From Candidatus Dormiibacterota bacterium (GTDB lineage Bacteria; Chloroflexota; Dormibacteria; Aeolococcales; Aeolococcaceae), in contig OY970355.1 of the NCBI GenBank assembly GCA_963718525.1, positions 1,280,001 to 1,344,000 of the forward strand: 64,000 nt of DNA. Reading direction: 5' to 3'. This document shows, one piece after another, positions 61,288-64,000 of this stretch. How positions within the stretch are numbered: position 1 is the first letter of the stretch; each line of letters opens with the position of its first letter. The translations under genes were made by a program, and so were the position numbers. The notes under the pieces are model-generated. The model had not been told where the DNA came from. It made no database searches and saw only the letters and a list, made by a program, of their open reading frames with translations.

Positions 61288-62792
61288 CCAGCCCGGCCGG
61301 GAACGAGCCCGGGCGCGGGCTTCGTCTCGAGGTGCCGATCACGTTCTCACCGGTGCCGCTCGACGCCATCGACGCGTCCCTGACGGCGATCTCCGAACCC
61401 GTCCGCAAGCTCCGCACCACGCATTGGGACACTGCGGATCTCCGCCTTGCGCGCTGGGGCGTCGCCCTCGAGCATTCGGGCGAGACTGGTTGGACCCTGC
61501 GTCTGCCGCCGACCAGCGAGGGGATGGCCGCTCCAGACGGGGCCGAGCTGCACTTCGAGGGCAGTTCGGAGCGCGTGCCGGAGCAGGCGTTGCAGCTCGT
61601 CCGCGTCTACGGGCGCCGTGCGCCCCTCGAGCTTGTGGCACGCCTCGTCACCGCGACCGCGGAGGCGACGCTGCTTGACGCAGATGGCGCGGTGGCCGCG
61701 CGCCTGGTCGACAGCACCGTCTCGGTGTATTCAGGCCCGCGCATCACGCAGCGCTTCCGCGAGATCGACCTCGCCAGTGACAGCGGACAGCTCCTCGACG
61801 AGCTCGCGAGCCGGTACCAGGCGGCGGGCGCGCAACCCGCGCGACCTCGGGCGCTCGTCGCTCGAGCCCTCGGGCTGGTGGGCACACCGCCCGCGGAAAT
61901 CGGATCGGTCACCCTTGGCGGCGCGGCGACCGCCGGCGAGGTCGTGAGACGAGCCCTGAGCACGTCGGTCGTCCGGCTCATGCGCCACGACCCCGGCGTG
62001 CGGTTGGGCATCGACGCCGAGGATGTGCACCAGGCGCGCGTCGCCACCCGCCGCCTCCGCAGCGATCTGCGGACGTTCCGGCCACTCCTGGAGCAGACGT
62101 GGGTCGAATCGCTGCGAGACGACCTGCGCTGGATCGGCGGTGAGCTCGGGCGAGTCCGCGATGCGGAAGTCCTCCGCGATCGCCTCCGCACGGCGGCCGC
62201 GGCCCTTCCGGCGGCGGACCGGCACTCGGCCCTGGCGGTCGTCGCGCCGCTGGTCGCTCAGGTGCGCTCCGCGCGCCGCCATCTCGTCATCGCGATGGAC
62301 ACCGAGCGCTACGTCGAGGTGGTCGACCATCTGGTCGCGGCGGCGCGCGCGCCGGTCCTGACCGAGATAGCGGCGTCGCCGGCGCGCGACGTCCTCCCCG
62401 GGCTCGTTCGCAAACCCTGGCGATCGCTCAAGTCCGGTGCGCTCGCGGCTCGAGCGGGCAATGTGCCCGACGAGCAGCTCCACGACCTGCGGATACGGGC
62501 CAAGCGCTGCCGGTACGCAGCCGAAGCGGCCGCGGCAGCCACGGGCAAGAGCGCCGCGAAGTTCGCTCGAGAGGTCGCGGCGCTCCAGGAGATCCTCGGG
62601 GAGCTGCACGACGCCGTCGTTGCCGAGGCGTGGCTGCGTGACCGGTCGGAGGCACCCAGGGTGCACGAGACGGCGCTGTTTGCGGCAGGCGAGCTGGTCG
62701 CCCTCCAGCGCGATGCCGCGGAGCGCGCGCGCATCGGCTGGCCGGCAGTCTGGAAACGTGTCGAGCAAGGCTGGTCGAATGCCTGGCGATGA
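61284..62792 (+). CDS. CYTH-like plus CHAD domain polyphosphate-binding protein
   Basis: HWDTADLRLARWG and FREID (CYTH-like); VHQARVATRRLRS, LGRVRDAEV, LHDLRIRAKRCRY, LQEILGELHD (CHAD). Confidence 0.88.
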   Translation: MTSPAGNEPGRGLRLEVPITFSPVPLDAIDASLTAISEPVRKLRTTHWDTADLRLARWGVALEHSGETGWTLRLPPTSEGMAAPDGAELHFEGSSERVPEQALQLVRVYGRRAPLELVARLVTATAEATLLDADGAVAARLVDSTVSVYSGPRITQRFREIDLASDSGQLLDELASRYQAAGAQPARPRALVARALGLVGTPPAEIGSVTLGGAATAGEVVRRALSTSVVRLMRHDPGVRLGIDAEDVHQARVATRRLRSDLRTFRPLLEQTWVESLRDDLRWIGGELGRVRDAEVLRDRLRTAAAALPAADRHSALAVVAPLVAQVRSARRHLVIAMDTERYVEVVDHLVAAARAPVLTEIAASPARDVLPGLVRKPWRSLKSGALAARAGNVPDEQLHDLRIRAKRCRYAAEAAAAATGKSAAKFAREVAALQEILGELHDAVVAEAWLRDRSEAPRVHETALFAAGELVALQRDAAERARIGWPAVWKRVEQGWSNAWR

Positions 62793-63246
62793 GGCGACGA
62801 GCTACCTCGTCCGGCATGCGAAAGCGGGGTCACGAGAGCGCTGGACGGCTCCGGATCGCGACCGGCCCCTGTCCGACGCCGGCACGATGCAGGCTGCCGC
62901 TCTGGCGAAGCTGCTCGCGCCCAGAACACGCAGCGTCATGTCGAGCCCCTATCTGCGCTGCGTCCAGACCGTCGCTCCCCTGGCGGCGGCCGCTGGCCTT
63001 CGCCTCGAGGAGGAGGAACGTCTTGCGGAGGGTGCCGACCCGGATTGGGCCATCGCCGAGCTCGCGGGGACGCCGGGTGCCGTGCTGTGCACCCATGGGG
63101 ACGTCATGGCGTCGATCGTGATCAGCCTGTCTGATGCCAAGGTGCCGATGGCCGGCGGGACGCAGTGGGCCAAGGCGGGGACCTGGGAGTTCACGATCGC
63201 CGGTGGGCGGATTCGCGGGGGCCGCTACCTGCCGCCGCCGGGCTGA
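62779..63246 (+). CDS. Histidine phosphatase (SixA-like)
   Basis: YLVRHAKAG, DRPLS, SSPYLRCVQT, LCTHGD. Confidence 0.88.
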   Translation: MPGDEATSYLVRHAKAGSRERWTAPDRDRPLSDAGTMQAAALAKLLAPRTRSVMSSPYLRCVQTVAPLAAAAGLRLEEEERLAEGADPDWAIAELAGTPGAVLCTHGDVMASIVISLSDAKVPMAGGTQWAKAGTWEFTIAGGRIRGGRYLPPPG

Positions 63247-64000
63247 GGTTCCAGGGCGACGCCTTCGCGATCGCCGGCGACGCGGATGAGCACGCATGCG
63301 CAGGTCCGGAAGGGTCGCCAAGCTTCCGCGAGTGAGGAGATCTCAGCTGGAGCCGCCGGACCCGCCATCCCGTAGAAGTGCCGGACGTATGAGGGGATAC
63401 GCGGCTCGCCCAGGGTGAGGATATCGGTCGCCCCGGTCGACCGCAGCAGGATCAGGGTGGCGTAGGTCGGGCCGATGCCGGGCAGCTCCTGCAGCTCGGC
63501 CATCGCCTGCTCGGGTGCCAGGGCCAGGAGTTGTCCGCGGTCGAGCTGCCCGTCCAGGGCGGCTCGTGCGATCGCATGGAGCCGCTGGATGCGCTGCGGC
63601 TCGATGCTGGGGAAACCATCGACCGCGAGCAGCGCCCGGGGGGTGGGGAAGGCTTCGAGCTCGCCGCCTGGCAGGCTGAAGACGTGGCCATGGGCGGCCG
63701 ACAGACGCCGCCGAACTGCGGTGGCCTGGGTTCGATGCCTGCGCTGGCTGAGGATCGACCAGGCCGCAGCCTCATACGGCGAATGGAACAGCACCGGCCG
63801 GAGCCCCGGGAACTCCGCCTGGAGACGTCCGATCACAGGATCACGACCTCCAACCGCGGCCCAGGCAGTACCGGACTGATCCAATGACAGCACTCTCCGC
63901 AGCTGGGACAGGACGATGTCGGGCTCGGCTTCACCAAAGATCCGGCAGTGCAATACCCCCTCGGCGTCCTGTGTCACGAAGGCCGCGGCGTGATGCTCGA
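63225..64000 (-). CDS. alkA: DNA-3-methyladenine glycosylase II (AlkA family), 5' end outside the window
   Basis: PGLRPVLFHSPYEAAAWSILSQR, AFPTP, HhH motif LQELPGIGP, AEAWRPFR; frame open to the window end. Confidence 0.85.
   Translation of the reverse strand, partial: EHHAAAFVTQDAEGVLHCRIFGEAEPDIVLSQLRRVLSLDQSGTAWAAVGGRDPVIGRLQAEFPGLRPVLFHSPYEAAAWSILSQRRHRTQATAVRRRLSAAHGHVFSLPGGELEAFPTPRALLAVDGFPSIEPQRIQRLHAIARAALDGQLDRGQLLALAPEQAMAELQELPGIGPTYATLILLRSTGATDILTLGEPRIPSYVRHFYGMAGPAAPAEISSLAEAWRPFRTCACVLIRVAGDREGVALEPQPGGGR

Overview
High-GC chromosomal window with about 60 housekeeping and accessory genes. Gene content and promoter style suggest a monoderm soil bacterium of the Dormibacterota/Chloroflexota/Actinomycetota type; this is inference only. 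Left to right: a truncated ECF sigma factor and a Zn-dependent dehydrogenase; a MoxR AAA+/DUF58/DUF4350/DUF4129/RDD/SpoIIM membrane cluster with ispH embedded; a lipid-linked glycosylation cluster (GT-C/GT87, nucleotide-sugar dehydrogenase, GT2, epimerase); tRNA-Arg(CCT) and tRNA-Pro(CGG) bracketing a two-gene islet; pdxST, a GNAT-like gene, an R3H-AAA ATPase and tmk; a large acyl-CoA/propionyl-CoA catabolic region (crotonase, FadF-like Fe-S protein, SCP2, 3-hydroxyacyl-CoA dehydrogenase, mce, methylmalonyl-CoA mutase, carboxyltransferase, sucCD, three ACADs, thiolase); two LCP proteins and a PFK; a MeaB GTPase fused to an isobutyryl-CoA-mutase-type large subunit; and a Pho/polyphosphate cluster (response regulator, ppx, phoU, ppk1, CYTH-CHAD, SixA-like) followed by a partial alkA. 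No CRISPR array, rRNA, transposase, integrase or phage genes were seen. The strongest oddities are: (1) a 124-bp structured inverted-repeat element between sucC and sucD that preserves translational coupling through two chained ATGA-overlapping mini-ORFs; (2) the MeaB-IcmA fusion lacking a cobalamin-binding domain, next to a second mutase of different specificity; (3) a half-site acyl-CoA dehydrogenase; (4) pervasive leaderless promoters; and (5) scattered G:C->A:T changes in normally invariant motifs. All family assignments come from motif recognition by eye, not from database searches.
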